Shown: piece after piece, positions 47,879 through 57,849 of the stretch
Layout: every line of letters starts with the position of its first letter
Position numbering within the stretch: position 1 is the first letter of the stretch
NCBI GenBank assembly: GCA_037308085.1
Contig: CP147779.1
Location: forward strand, 2,304,001-2,368,000
Direction of reading: 5' to 3'
Origin: Promethearchaeati archaeon SRVP18_Atabeyarchaeia-1
Lineage (GTDB): Archaea > Asgardarchaeota > Atabeyarchaeia > Atabeyarchaeales > Atabeyarchaeaceae
DNA: 64,000 nucleotides
Made by a program: the position numbers and the translations under genes
Notes under the pieces: generated by a model
The model's input: only the letters and a program-made list of their open reading frames with translations
Database searches by the model: none
Told to the model about the DNA's origin: nothing

Positions 47879-50800
47879 TTACAGAGTTGTCACTTGAATC
47901 GGTACCGCGACGCCGATCATGGTCACATCGTACATGTCGTACATGATGGTGTAGAGCTTGCACCGTCCCTTGGCAGTAGCCAGTATATCTAGAACTATGC
48001 CACCATCGGTAAGGGGTTTTGAGATTGTCTGAATGTTTACACCGCCCTCGAGAAAAGCCATGTTTGCCGCTAGAAATACCTTCGCTATAGGACATATCGA
48101 GTGATCCTTTGGCACAAGTGATAGTTGTACTCGCTCCCCCAGCTTCAGTGTAGTCTTGGGAAGTTTTGCTTCGAAGTTGAACATGGACTTTATCTTCTTG
48201 TAGTCTATTGTTTCCACTCCATCGAGCCTGACTAGGAGCTTGGTGCCGGCCCGAAGTCTTCTGTTTTCAGATGATTGGTCGCTGCCAGCCTCGTCATCAA
48301 GCGCGATTGTTCTGGCTACATTCCGTGAATCCAACCCGTAGTCTTTCTCTGTCAGCGTGACTGCTCTTGTCGGATCATCTTTTGTATGCGTGAAGTAGGC
48401 GAATTTGGGCATACTATCGAAGCCCTCCATTGTGGCGAAGAGTTCGATTAGTGCGCGCGTATCAGCCGTAGAATTCAGCCTGCCTGCTACGAGCCTCTTG
48501 GCGACGAACTTGAATCCCTTCTTAAACAGCATCTGGTGTCTGACGTCATTCGAAGGGCCAAGCACACGAAGTGCCGTCGCTGTCGTCTCGAGACTTCCTC
48601 CCCAAGTCGATTGGGACGCTTCCCAGTGGACTTCACTTCCCCCTGCTCCTTCGATGGCTCTTGATTCGATCAGCTTGAGTGCATCCTTCCGCTTTCCCTT
48701 GTCGCCTACATGTAGCGCTATGTTTGCCGCGTCCTCCACAGTCGACATCGGAGCCGCGAACTTTTCATTGAGTGGGAGAAGTGCGTTATCATGTACGTCT
48801 CTCTTCACAAGTTCCTGTATCGGCCTCTCAACAAGTGGAGCCGTATCCATCTTGAACTTCTCTACCTCCATGAGGGGAGCGAGGTTCTTCAATACTTTTC
48901 TTGTGACGTCGGGAGAACCATCCTTGGCACCCTCCCAGAGGGAATACATGCCATCTTGCTGGAGGAACTTCGCCATTCTTGAGAGACCAGAACTGATCAT
49001 TTGTGTTATTTCCTGTGATGTTTCGCCGAATTTCCATGCGACGGCGAGTCCACACAGCTTTGCACTTGTCTGCTCGGCGCATCCATATGGATACTGAACA
49101 AGGGCTCTAACCGAATCTGTGAGTATCGCTTTCACAGATCCATACACGAAGACTCTCTTTCCAGCGCCGATCTGTAGCTCTTCATTCTCTTCCAGCATGC
49201 TGAGAGCGGAAACCGTTACTCGCTCACTAGCTTGTGCATTGACTTCTTTTGTCATCAGGTCGCTGCCAATCGTCGATGTTAGCTCGGCCTCGACAACCCC
49301 AGGTCCGGGCAGCTTGAAGTCCCTGATGCCGTCACCCTCGACTTCGCCTTCGTAGGAGCTTCCGTCAGGGAGCCTAATTCGCAGACTTCCTTTTCCTTCG
49401 GCAAGGTGGTAGATTGCTTTCCCATAGTATTCGTCGCCATAATCTATCATCGAAGGTATGTCTAAATCAACCACGACACTCTTGTCGGCTTCCACGCTGG
49501 CAGACTTTGAGATATAGTCGACGCCGGTGAATGCGTAGACTTGCACCTTCCAGCGTGTTATCGTGTCTCCGAGCTTGATGCGCTCCTCGTGAACACCATC
49601 CATCTCGATGAGCTTGTATGCTAGTAGCTTAGGGAACCAAGCTCTTCTTGGCGTTACAGTCATTGCCGCCTGCACCGTTGTGGTAATGACAGTTGTCAAT
49701 TTGTCTCTATCTGCCATGTTGTAAGCGCCGACACCCACGGCCATCAGTTTCGCCGGGGTGGGTGATCTGGCAGAAAATGAAGGTGGTGGCGCGGCCATCT
49801 TTGCCATTGGTGCACCCGCGGCCATCATGTGAGCCAAGGGACGTACCGCTTCTTCTGCTTCAACCTCATGTACCTCTTTGCGTTCGATGAATTGCTCCAT
49901 CAGCTCCTGGATGCTTGGAAGCGCCCGTAAATGGTTGTAGATGTCTTTTCCGAGCTTTCCTGTAATATTCTCGGTGTCGAGTCTCTCGTCGAATACCATG
50001 AGAAGGCACTCAGCCTTTCTGTTTGATTCGAGAGTTATCGTCACCTCTTCGCCTGGCTCCGCTTTCTCAGGAGCCCTGATCTGCAGTTTGAGAGTCTCGG
50101 GGTGAAACACGACACTTCTCCCTTCAAACAAAGTGCTCTCATCGGCGTTGATCATGCATCCGACGAAGACAATCTGGTATGGAGCGCTATTATCAAACGA
50201 TAATTCTAGACCCTCTTTTGCAGAAGCCTTAGATGCTTGCCTAGCCTCACCGGTGAAGGGGTTAACGGTGTATACTGAGAGGTAGTCGAGGTTTCTAGTC
50301 ACCTGAACCTCGATCTTCTCCGACTCGGCGTTCCTGACTATGACAGGCGTCGTCGAGGCACCTCGTGGTGCCCAGTTGATCCCGCGAAGACTCCTCCCAT
50401 CAGGAATCGGGACTAGCGCCATATTCACGATCTCACCCAGGTTGCCGACCTGGATCTCCTGGCGTTCCTCGACTCTTGTGGACTGAAGCGTGACGGAAGC
50501 TGTGTTCCCGTCCGGAGTGGAGAATTCCAGTCTGAACGGTCCAGTGTGTCCACTTAGGCGCCATTGGAACCCAAGCGATCCGTTTTTGGCGTCGAAGGAC
50601 TTCTCCTCAACGACGACTTTGCAAAACTCGCAGTATAGTCCGATTCTAACGGAACCAGTGTAGGGCTGGTTGAGAACAGTCATCTCGAACTCCGCATCTA
50701 GGGCGTCACCACTGATAACTTGCTTCTTGATCTGGGCCAGCATGGGGCTGAGGGTGTGCTGGGCTATTGTGAAGTCACAGCTGAAGGTCTTCCTCTCCGC

Positions 50801-51241
50801 CTCAGTTGCCTTGCCAATCTTCCGCTCTGACGTAGTGGTTACTGCCGCAGTGTATTCACCCGTTTCCTCCGCGCCTCTTAGCTCATAGACATATACTCCA
50901 TAGTCGTCGAGCGTGAAGTCGTCGCTCGTCATAGCACGCTTGCCTGCAAACATGACCTCCAAGTGGGCAGTGTTGCGCCCACAGCCCGGCGATGCAATAA
51001 GCAGCCTCACGACGTCACCAGGATTGTAGACTCTCCTGTCCGATACGACTGCACCGAAGGCAAGAGGACCAATCTTGGCGGGCGCATAGGTCTGCCCCTT
51101 GATCTTCAGATCCTTGCCTAGCTCCCCTATTCTCGGGTATATGACCCGATCATCCAGGTCATAAATGAAATAATGCCCGACCTTAACTCCTTTCGCTGCA
51201 CCACCACTTTCTCTCAACAGTATCACGCTCCGCATTATCAC
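47879..51241 (-). CDS. Alpha-2-macroglobulin-like thioester protein
   Basis: DRRVY.PG (MG2), low-complexity bait-like region, R..FP, D.IT.W, YPYGCAEQ thioester (49070-49084), Q.DG..S.W, ST.DT..A. Confidence 0.85.
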   Translation of the reverse strand: MIMRSVILLRESGGAAKGVKVGHYFIYDLDDRVIYPRIGELGKDLKIKGQTYAPAKIGPLAFGAVVSDRRVYNPGDVVRLLIASPGCGRNTAHLEVMFAGKRAMTSDDFTLDDYGVYVYELRGAEETGEYTAAVTTTSERKIGKATEAERKTFSCDFTIAQHTLSPMLAQIKKQVISGDALDAEFEMTVLNQPYTGSVRIGLYCEFCKVVVEEKSFDAKNGSLGFQWRLSGHTGPFRLEFSTPDGNTASVTLQSTRVEERQEIQVGNLGEIVNMALVPIPDGRSLRGINWAPRGASTTPVIVRNAESEKIEVQVTRNLDYLSVYTVNPFTGEARQASKASAKEGLELSFDNSAPYQIVFVGCMINADESTLFEGRSVVFHPETLKLQIRAPEKAEPGEEVTITLESNRKAECLLMVFDERLDTENITGKLGKDIYNHLRALPSIQELMEQFIERKEVHEVEAEEAVRPLAHMMAAGAPMAKMAAPPPSFSARSPTPAKLMAVGVGAYNMADRDKLTTVITTTVQAAMTVTPRRAWFPKLLAYKLIEMDGVHEERIKLGDTITRWKVQVYAFTGVDYISKSASVEADKSVVVDLDIPSMIDYGDEYYGKAIYHLAEGKGSLRIRLPDGSSYEGEVEGDGIRDFKLPGPGVVEAELTSTIGSDLMTKEVNAQASERVTVSALSMLEENEELQIGAGKRVFVYGSVKAILTDSVRALVQYPYGCAEQTSAKLCGLAVAWKFGETSQEITQMISSGLSRMAKFLQQDGMYSLWEGAKDGSPDVTRKVLKNLAPLMEVEKFKMDTAPLVERPIQELVKRDVHDNALLPLNEKFAAPMSTVEDAANIALHVGDKGKRKDALKLIESRAIEGAGGSEVHWEASQSTWGGSLETTATALRVLGPSNDVRHQMLFKKGFKFVAKRLVAGRLNSTADTRALIELFATMEGFDSMPKFAYFTHTKDDPTRAVTLTEKDYGLDSRNVARTIALDDEAGSDQSSENRRLRAGTKLLVRLDGVETIDYKKIKSMFNFEAKLPKTTLKLGERVQLSLVPKDHSICPIAKVFLAANMAFLEGGVNIQTISKPLTDGGIVLDILATAKGRCKLYTIMYDMYDVTMIGVAVPIQVTTL

Positions 51242-51501
51242 AAATAGAACAGAAATCCGCCAATACCGACTTCGATGGAGTCGGAGTCATTGTAGCATCC
51301 TGAGAACCTGACCCCATTACACTGTTGGTGGGATCAGCAGTTTGCCAAATAAACTCTTCGAAAAAGAAATCGCCTCAAAGCGCCACAGTCTGAGATATAT
51401 GTGGATTGCTTGCGAGTTATGAAAACGCTTATATCCGAAAATCTGACATAGACTAGACAGGGTTCTGGCCATCCGAGAGCAGACGGACGTCCGCTCCGGC
51501 G

Positions 51502-53682
51502 ATGCAGAGGGGGACAATAGTGAAGAGAGGAAAATGCCTCTTCTCAACCGTCATTATTCTCTTTATTCTAGTCACAGTGGTGTCGCCCATGGCGGGCGAA
51601 ACCAACCCTGTGACCGGGAAATCACAAGCGGCGTCTGGGAAGACAGGGCAGGACCCAGCAGGGTTCGGCGCGGGGGTGCCCGCCCAAAGAGATCCGGCAA
51701 CTCCCGTGGGCTCTGACACTAATTGGTTCGGAGTGACTTTCCCAAGTGGGCACTACTACAGCTTTTACCAGATTCAGACGCCATACGGTGTAGGTCAACA
51801 TATCGACACCGTAGGAACCAGCGATTATAACTACACCTTTATGGGTTGCACGACGGCAAACTATACGGTCGACTCCAGTGGGAGCATACAAGTAACTGGC
51901 TGGTTCAGGCAGTACGATATACTACCTCCCGATGCACTCGACCACAGAGTGCTGGACATCTACGTGCTGGATGCAGGCACTCTTGCTCATATCCTGAACC
52001 AGCACATCCTTAACGGCACTGATGGGACTGGGTGGGTATACAAGAACGTGACAGTAGATGGGTTGACCCCTGGAGTGACGGTGAAGATAGGATTCGGTAT
52101 GGGAAAATGGTGGACTGCAGACTGGCAACTAACACGTGAATGGGTAATGCTTAGTAACGCCAGTAACGGCACCGTAGTGTCCGGAAATGCTTCTTGGACA
52201 GGAACGACGAACCCGGGTGGCTACCACTACAACTTATATCAGGTCCCAACGCCCTACGGCCAAGGCTGTCACATCGACAGCGCGGGTAGCAGCAGTGTAC
52301 CAGCCCAAGGCGGATACGACTTCTTCGCCTTCAGCAATGTGAGCTACCCGGTCGGTAGCGACGGAGGCATAGAGGTGCGAGGCTACTTCAGGCAGAGTGA
52401 CATATTTGATTCCTTCACGATGCCTGGAAGGAGAGAAGTGAGAATATTCATTATGTATTCAAACGATAATGCCACGATCGTCAAGCAGCTGCCAGTCATC
52501 AGTTACACCTACGGTACTGGCTGGGTGCACAGAGAAGTAATGGTTACTGGGTTAAGCCCTGGAAGCCTTGTCAAGATAGGCGTTGGAAGACACGACGGCT
52601 GGTCCACCGACTGGCAATTGACGGCCGAATGGGCGGCAATAGAGGTCGTAGGCAATGTCTCCTGGAGTAACATGACAGGATCAGGCCCGCAAGTGACCAG
52701 TCCAGTAGGTAACTACTGTAACTTCTATCCGATCATAACGCCGTATGGTCCGGGCCACCATATTGACACTAATGGGAGTGGCGGCAACCCCAACAACTAT
52801 GCCTTCTACGGCTGCACTCTTGCAGACTACCCTGTCGGCAACGATGGAAGTCTAGAGGTTAAGGGACACTTCAGGCAAGATGATTCGCTGGCGCCGCTCC
52901 TTTTCCCCCAAAGGAGACTTCTCTGGGTTTTCATCATGTACTCTGGTGACAACTACACGATAGTACGCGAACAGATAGTCCTCAACTATACTGATGGAAC
53001 AGGCTGGTTGTACAGAGATATTACCATCAACGGTTTGACGCCAGGGAGTTTCGTCAGGATAGGGTTTGGCAGGTACAACTGCTGGTCAACCGACTACAAG
53101 TTGGTAGTGGAGTGGGCAGGAGTAGAGATTAGCAGCCCAACTTGGGGTCCCTTTGGCGCCGGTGGAGGAGGAGGTGGAGGAGGCGGACTGGGCGGCCCTG
53201 ATTTCACGCCAAATCTCGTTTTGATCATTGCATCAGGTGGCACGTTGATAACGGTCCTGGGCATTCTCGTCGTTGTATCCAGACGCAGAGCAGGAGCGTC
53301 ACATCGCGAAAATGCGCCTCAGAGAGATTTGCGAATGCGGATAGAGCCACAGGAGACTCGCGCCGTTCTCGTCCCTCCTTCAATGAGGTGTCCAAGTTGT
53401 GGTGGCGCCATCGAGCCTCCAGATTCAGCGTATTGCGTACACTGCGGCACAAAGCTTCAAGCACCCGCTGCAGGGAACGTGACCGCCCGACAGAGTGAGA
53501 CCTCAAGCACCCTCAAGGGCTGCATGATTTGCGGAATGCAAATCAAGGGGAGTGATATAGCAGTAAGGTGTCCCTACTGTGGAAATAGGGCGCACAGGAT
53601 TCATATGCTCGAGTGGCTTCATGTGAAAGATTACTGCCCAGTGTGCCAAAGGCACCTCGATGAACAGGAATTCGGAGAATAG
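51502..53682 (+). CDS. Type I membrane protein: three extracellular beta repeats, TM, zinc ribbon and C-terminal RING-type domain
   Basis: Signal peptide; three TPYG.G.HID...FRQ.D...GTGW...GLxPG repeats with many NxS/T sequons; Gly9 linker; TM followed by RRR; CPSC..CVHC; C-x2-C-x12-C-x2-C-x4-H-x2-H..EW..CPVC. Confidence 0.85.
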   Translation: MQRGTIVKRGKCLFSTVIILFILVTVVSPMAGETNPVTGKSQAASGKTGQDPAGFGAGVPAQRDPATPVGSDTNWFGVTFPSGHYYSFYQIQTPYGVGQHIDTVGTSDYNYTFMGCTTANYTVDSSGSIQVTGWFRQYDILPPDALDHRVLDIYVLDAGTLAHILNQHILNGTDGTGWVYKNVTVDGLTPGVTVKIGFGMGKWWTADWQLTREWVMLSNASNGTVVSGNASWTGTTNPGGYHYNLYQVPTPYGQGCHIDSAGSSSVPAQGGYDFFAFSNVSYPVGSDGGIEVRGYFRQSDIFDSFTMPGRREVRIFIMYSNDNATIVKQLPVISYTYGTGWVHREVMVTGLSPGSLVKIGVGRHDGWSTDWQLTAEWAAIEVVGNVSWSNMTGSGPQVTSPVGNYCNFYPIITPYGPGHHIDTNGSGGNPNNYAFYGCTLADYPVGNDGSLEVKGHFRQDDSLAPLLFPQRRLLWVFIMYSGDNYTIVREQIVLNYTDGTGWLYRDITINGLTPGSFVRIGFGRYNCWSTDYKLVVEWAGVEISSPTWGPFGAGGGGGGGGGLGGPDFTPNLVLIIASGGTLITVLGILVVVSRRRAGASHRENAPQRDLRMRIEPQETRAVLVPPSMRCPSCGGAIEPPDSAYCVHCGTKLQAPAAGNVTARQSETSSTLKGCMICGMQIKGSDIAVRCPYCGNRAHRIHMLEWLHVKDYCPVCQRHLDEQEFGE

Positions 53683-53715
53683 TCCCCAAGAAACACTTTT
53701 CCCTGAGTGCCTTCG

Positions 53716-54177
53716 CTACGCGGGCAGGGCATGAAGTAGAGTGAGTTTCAGGTTCTTTACTCCTTTTTTGCTTATCATCGTTTCGGAGACTTTCTTGAGT
53801 TCCTTTGCCTTGCCCTCCATGGCTATGATCTCCATGCAGTTATGCTCGTCGAGGTGAAGATGAAGCGATGCCTTCACCGCTACCGCTGAGTCGTGCTGAA
53901 TGTCAATGAGCTTGTCAACCAGAGACCTAACCGCGTGATCGTAAACCATTGAAATCGTCCCCACCAATATGGCATCCTCATCAGTGGTCCACTTGCTTTC
54001 CAGAATGAAGTTTCTGAGGGCCTCCCTGATTGCTTCTGACCTCTTGAAGTACCCCTTCTTCCTTGACGTCTCGTCGAAGCTGACCAGCAGGTCTTCAGGG
54101 AGACTCATGCTTATTCGAGTGATCTCCTCCTCCGAACTTCCCTTTTCGTTTCTCGAGGCGAACATCCTTCCACTCAA
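53716..54177 (-). CDS. nikR: Nickel-responsive regulator NikR
   Basis: RISMSLP..L...FD, RSEAIR.A.R, YDH, QH, HLHLD..NC.E. Confidence 0.93.
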   Translation of the reverse strand: MSGRMFASRNEKGSSEEEITRISMSLPEDLLVSFDETSRKKGYFKRSEAIREALRNFILESKWTTDEDAILVGTISMVYDHAVRSLVDKLIDIQHDSAVAVKASLHLHLDEHNCMEIIAMEGKAKELKKVSETMISKKGVKNLKLTLLHALPA

Positions 54178-54356
54178 ACCCCCATCAGCGTGAAAAGGCA
54201 GCGAGCTTCTCTCTTAGGTCTTCACGATGGAGTAATATTATCTTGCATGTATTTATGTGACTAGTATTACAAACATCAGGAGTCTTATTACTGGCTTCGA
54301 CGGGAGTCTCAAGACATTCAATGACCTTCCATTTGGCGATGCCATTATGGACGCCG

Positions 54357-55427
54357 CTACTCTGGCGTGCTGCCTCTCTTGGCGACAACAATTTGATCAG
54401 TGTTCAAGTTCATTACTATCTCAGCTATGTCGCTTGCGTATTCAGCTGCCCTTATTATGCTCTCAATCATCAGTGTGAGCCCTGCCACTTCTTGGATGTG
54501 AGTCTCGGCAAGGACCGAGTCCATTAACTCCTTCTTCAGCGAGGCCACTTTCTTTGCTTTCCGAACTACTTCTTCGGCAAACCTGAAGTCTCTTTTGAAT
54601 AGGGATTCTATTGACTCGTCGAATGCGGAGACTGCTGCCAGACTTGTCGACTCAATCTTCTTGAACATCTGACCATCTAAGAAGTGTTCCAATATCGTGA
54701 TGTTCCTCGCTATTTCGACTGCGTGATCAGCTGTTCTCTCTACAAATTTCGTTATTAACCTGTACGCGAGACACTCCTTACCTGTGGTCAGACCGATCCC
54801 CCGAAGTACGTTCATATCTTCGACTGCTGCCTTCAGTTGACGGACAATGTACAGGCCAAAGCGGTCGACTTCGTCGTCTCTGTCGATAACGTCTTTGGCG
54901 GATTCTCTATCGAGTTCCTTCAAGGCAGATAGCGCATCCTTGTGCATCGAAGATGCGATGAGACTCATTCTTCTGAGAGCACTTTGGACCGAAAGCTCCG
55001 TATAGCTAAGCAGCACTTTGATGGTGATCTCATTCTGGGAATCAGCAATGATCTCTGTGCCCATCAGCTTTCTTCTAGCGACGTCTTTTATTGCATTTCT
55101 TTGACCCGGGGGCAGCCGGTGTTTCTCTTCCCTAACGCTAATCGCGTTGTAGCCTACTAAGTAAAGGGAGATGATCTTTCTCATGATTGATTCAGGGTCA
55201 TCTGTCGCCTCGACTCCGACCAAGGCATCCATAGGACCTCCGGGTTTCCTCAGCCCTTCTGGGACTATCGATAAGCTGTTATCATTTTGAGTTATCAAAG
55301 CTACTTGGCTCCCTTTCTGTAAGCCCATCTGAGTGACCCATTTCTTTGGCAGGGAGAGAATGAACGTTGAGTCTCCTGTGACTTGGAGTTTCCTTACTTC
55401 TCTTTTCTCAGTCCATACTTCATTCAT
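54357..55427 (-). CDS. AbrB-PhoU phosphate uptake regulator
   Basis: RKLQ.TG.ST..SLPK.W AbrB domain plus PhoU repeats (D.EVDR, ER.ADH); divergent from pstS. Confidence 0.9.
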   Translation of the reverse strand: MNEVWTEKREVRKLQVTGDSTFILSLPKKWVTQMGLQKGSQVALITQNDNSLSIVPEGLRKPGGPMDALVGVEATDDPESIMRKIISLYLVGYNAISVREEKHRLPPGQRNAIKDVARRKLMGTEIIADSQNEITIKVLLSYTELSVQSALRRMSLIASSMHKDALSALKELDRESAKDVIDRDDEVDRFGLYIVRQLKAAVEDMNVLRGIGLTTGKECLAYRLITKFVERTADHAVEIARNITILEHFLDGQMFKKIESTSLAAVSAFDESIESLFKRDFRFAEEVVRKAKKVASLKKELMDSVLAETHIQEVAGLTLMIESIIRAAEYASDIAEIVMNLNTDQIVVAKRGSTPE

Positions 55428-55467
55428 TTCATTCTCACCGCTTCGTTGGTTAACAGGTTTTACAGCA

Positions 55468-55523
55468 TATATATTATCAATAGTCTTCCATAGTCGTCTA
55501 TATTCTACCTGGATTTCCTATAT
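55468..55523. promoter_or_regulatory. 10-bp-phased C(T/C/A)ATA(G/T) repeats in the regulator-pstS intergenic region; candidate phosphate operator
   Basis: TATATA at 55468, CAATAG at 55478, CCATAG at 55488, CTATAT at 55498 and CTATAT at 55518. Confidence 0.45.
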
Positions 55524-55577
55524 AAGGCTGTCTCCATCTATGTTCATGCGTAAGAAAACAAGTAGGAGAAAAGAGAG

Positions 55578-56705
55578 ATGAACTACAAGAAGATAGCCAT
55601 CATTGAAGTGTTTGCAATAGTAGCAGTAATAGGCGTCGCATCATTCGTCATTGTAAACTCTGGAGCACCCGCACCCGTTAACATAAGCGGAGCAGGAGCA
55701 ACATTCCCAGCACCGTTGTATCAAGAGTGGAGTCAACAGTATCAGAGTCTTACAGGCGTTAAAGTAAACTACCAAGGTATCGGAAGCGGAGGCGGCATAA
55801 CACAGTTCAAGGCTAAGACTGTCGACTTTGGGGCAACTGATCCTCCGATGGGAGCACCTGACTGGGCCGCCGGAGATTTGCACGTCCCGACAGCCATCGG
55901 CGGTGTCGTGATAATCTACCATATCTCAGGACTACTACCAAGTGCGAGTGCTAAACTAAACTTCACTGGAGCGATCATATCTGCCATTTACGAGCAAAAC
56001 ATAACGCACTGGAACGACGCGGCACTCACAGCGATCAATCCAGGTCTAACACTGCCCAATACGTTGATAGTGCCAGTCCACAGATCAGATTCAAGCGGCA
56101 CAACCCAAGTCTTCACCAGCTTCCTCTCCAACGAGAGCTCAAACTGGAAGACTCACTACGGTGCGGGCAAAGTCATTAGCTGGCCATCGTCCGGAGAAGT
56201 GGGTGGATCAGGAAACCCAGGCGTTGCCGCAGGCGTGCAACAAAACGATAATTCTGTGGGCTACGTTGAACTCACATACGCGCTGTCAAACTCTATCAGC
56301 TATGGCAAAGTGCAGAACGCCGCAGGAAAGTTCATTGATCCGAGCCTGGCGAGCCTCCAAGCAGCTGCTAACGCATGGTCCTTCAATCTTCCTCCTGGAA
56401 ATGAGAGCTGGGCAAACGTACCATCCTTCTTCAGCTTGAGAGCCACAGGAGTTGTCCCAGACGATGCGTACCCAATAACTAACCCCACGTACATCATTGT
56501 CTACAAAGACCTCAGCGTCGTACCTGGCATGACCCTAGCCAAAGCCAAGGCTCTGGCATACTTCCTCTGGTGGGGAGTACACGATGGACAAAACTACTGT
56601 GCAGGTCTTTCATACGTCAAGCTGCCGGCAAGCGTCGTACAATTAGACGAGGCAACGCTTCAAATGATGACCTTCGGCGGAACACCGCTTCTTCCGTGGT
56701 CCTAA
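55578..56705 (+). CDS. pstS: Phosphate ABC transporter substrate-binding protein
   Basis: GAGATFPAPLY, GSGGGI, DFGATD, HRSDSSGTT, GYVE, YPI. Confidence 0.95.
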   Translation: MNYKKIAIIEVFAIVAVIGVASFVIVNSGAPAPVNISGAGATFPAPLYQEWSQQYQSLTGVKVNYQGIGSGGGITQFKAKTVDFGATDPPMGAPDWAAGDLHVPTAIGGVVIIYHISGLLPSASAKLNFTGAIISAIYEQNITHWNDAALTAINPGLTLPNTLIVPVHRSDSSGTTQVFTSFLSNESSNWKTHYGAGKVISWPSSGEVGGSGNPGVAAGVQQNDNSVGYVELTYALSNSISYGKVQNAAGKFIDPSLASLQAAANAWSFNLPPGNESWANVPSFFSLRATGVVPDDAYPITNPTYIIVYKDLSVVPGMTLAKAKALAYFLWWGVHDGQNYCAGLSYVKLPASVVQLDEATLQMMTFGGTPLLPWS

Positions 56706-56808
56706 CAGACCCAAATTCCTCATTTTTTGCTTCTTGAATTCAAACTAAGCTAATGAATGGGTGTTAGCCAAGTCTTAAACGATTATTCGGAATTGGGAGA
56801 CGAGACGA

Positions 56809-57849
56809 TTGGAGAAAGGGAAGGATACCAGAAATTTCCGTTCTCGATTGCGTCGTGCATCCAGTTTATTTTCGAGAGAGAGAATCAAGGGAGTCTTCTC
56901 CAAGGGGCAACTCAGAGGAGGTCATCTATTCAGAAACTTAGTTGCCCTAATGGCATGCAATGTCTTCCTAATTCTGGGCATCATGCTCTACAAGTTTGTG
57001 GGTGGAGCTTGGTTGTCAATCACCTCCTATGGATTAGGGTTCCTCGGGGGTACGACATGGCAGCCGTTTCCACCTAATCAGCTGGCTGCCCCGGTTTTCG
57101 GAGCGCTGCCCCTCATTTATGGCACCCTTGTCACGTCTTTGATAGCCCTCATCATTGCGGTGCCATTGAGCTTGGGTATAGCATTGGCGCTTTCGGAGTT
57201 CGCTCCGAAGCGATTCAGTTATGTAATCTCGTTTCTTGTGGAGCTTCTAGCCGCAATCCCAAGCGTCATCTACGGTCTCTGGGGGATTTTCATCCTCATT
57301 CCGTTTCTGCAGCAGGATGTGTACCCTCAGCTCCAGTCGGTTCTTGGTTTTCTCCCATTCTTCCAGGGGCCGATACTAGGCTCCAATGTGTTGACTGGCA
57401 GCATTGTACTGGCGATAATGATTATACCCACCATATCCGCAGTATCAAGAGACGTTTTTGCCGCAGTTCCTGGCAGCCAGCGGGAAGCAGTAATCGCGCT
57501 GGGCGCTACAAGATGGGAAGCCGCGAAAATTGTGGTCAGCTACGGTCGCTCTGGCATCGTCGGTGCGATTATTCTAGGTTTGGGCAGGGCGGTTGGGGAG
57601 ACAATGGCGATCACAATGGTAATTGGTAATTCATTCAATATGTTCAGCTCGCTTTTCCAGCCTGGCTACACTCTGTCGTCAATCATAGCAAACGAGTTTA
57701 GAGAGGCGAGTTCTCCACCAGTCTATATTTCGGCACTGATAGAAGTGGGCCTTGTGTTGTTTGCCCTCGCTTTGGTCATTAACATACTGGCTAGGATAGT
57801 TATTAGGGGTACAATGAAAAGAATCGGAGGAGCTGAGAACTTAAGATGA
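56809..57849 (+). CDS. pstC: Phosphate ABC transporter permease PstC
   Basis: ELLAAIPSVIYGLWG, REA..ALGATRWE, GRAVGETMA. Confidence 0.95.
   Translation: MEKGKDTRNFRSRLRRASSLFSRERIKGVFSKGQLRGGHLFRNLVALMACNVFLILGIMLYKFVGGAWLSITSYGLGFLGGTTWQPFPPNQLAAPVFGALPLIYGTLVTSLIALIIAVPLSLGIALALSEFAPKRFSYVISFLVELLAAIPSVIYGLWGIFILIPFLQQDVYPQLQSVLGFLPFFQGPILGSNVLTGSIVLAIMIIPTISAVSRDVFAAVPGSQREAVIALGATRWEAAKIVVSYGRSGIVGAIILGLGRAVGETMAITMVIGNSFNMFSSLFQPGYTLSSIIANEFREASSPPVYISALIEVGLVLFALALVINILARIVIRGTMKRIGGAENLR

Noticed and set aside
53161-53187. GGA/GGT run as a phase-variable microsatellite
   Set aside because: Mixed codons in frame; it simply encodes a Gly9 linker.
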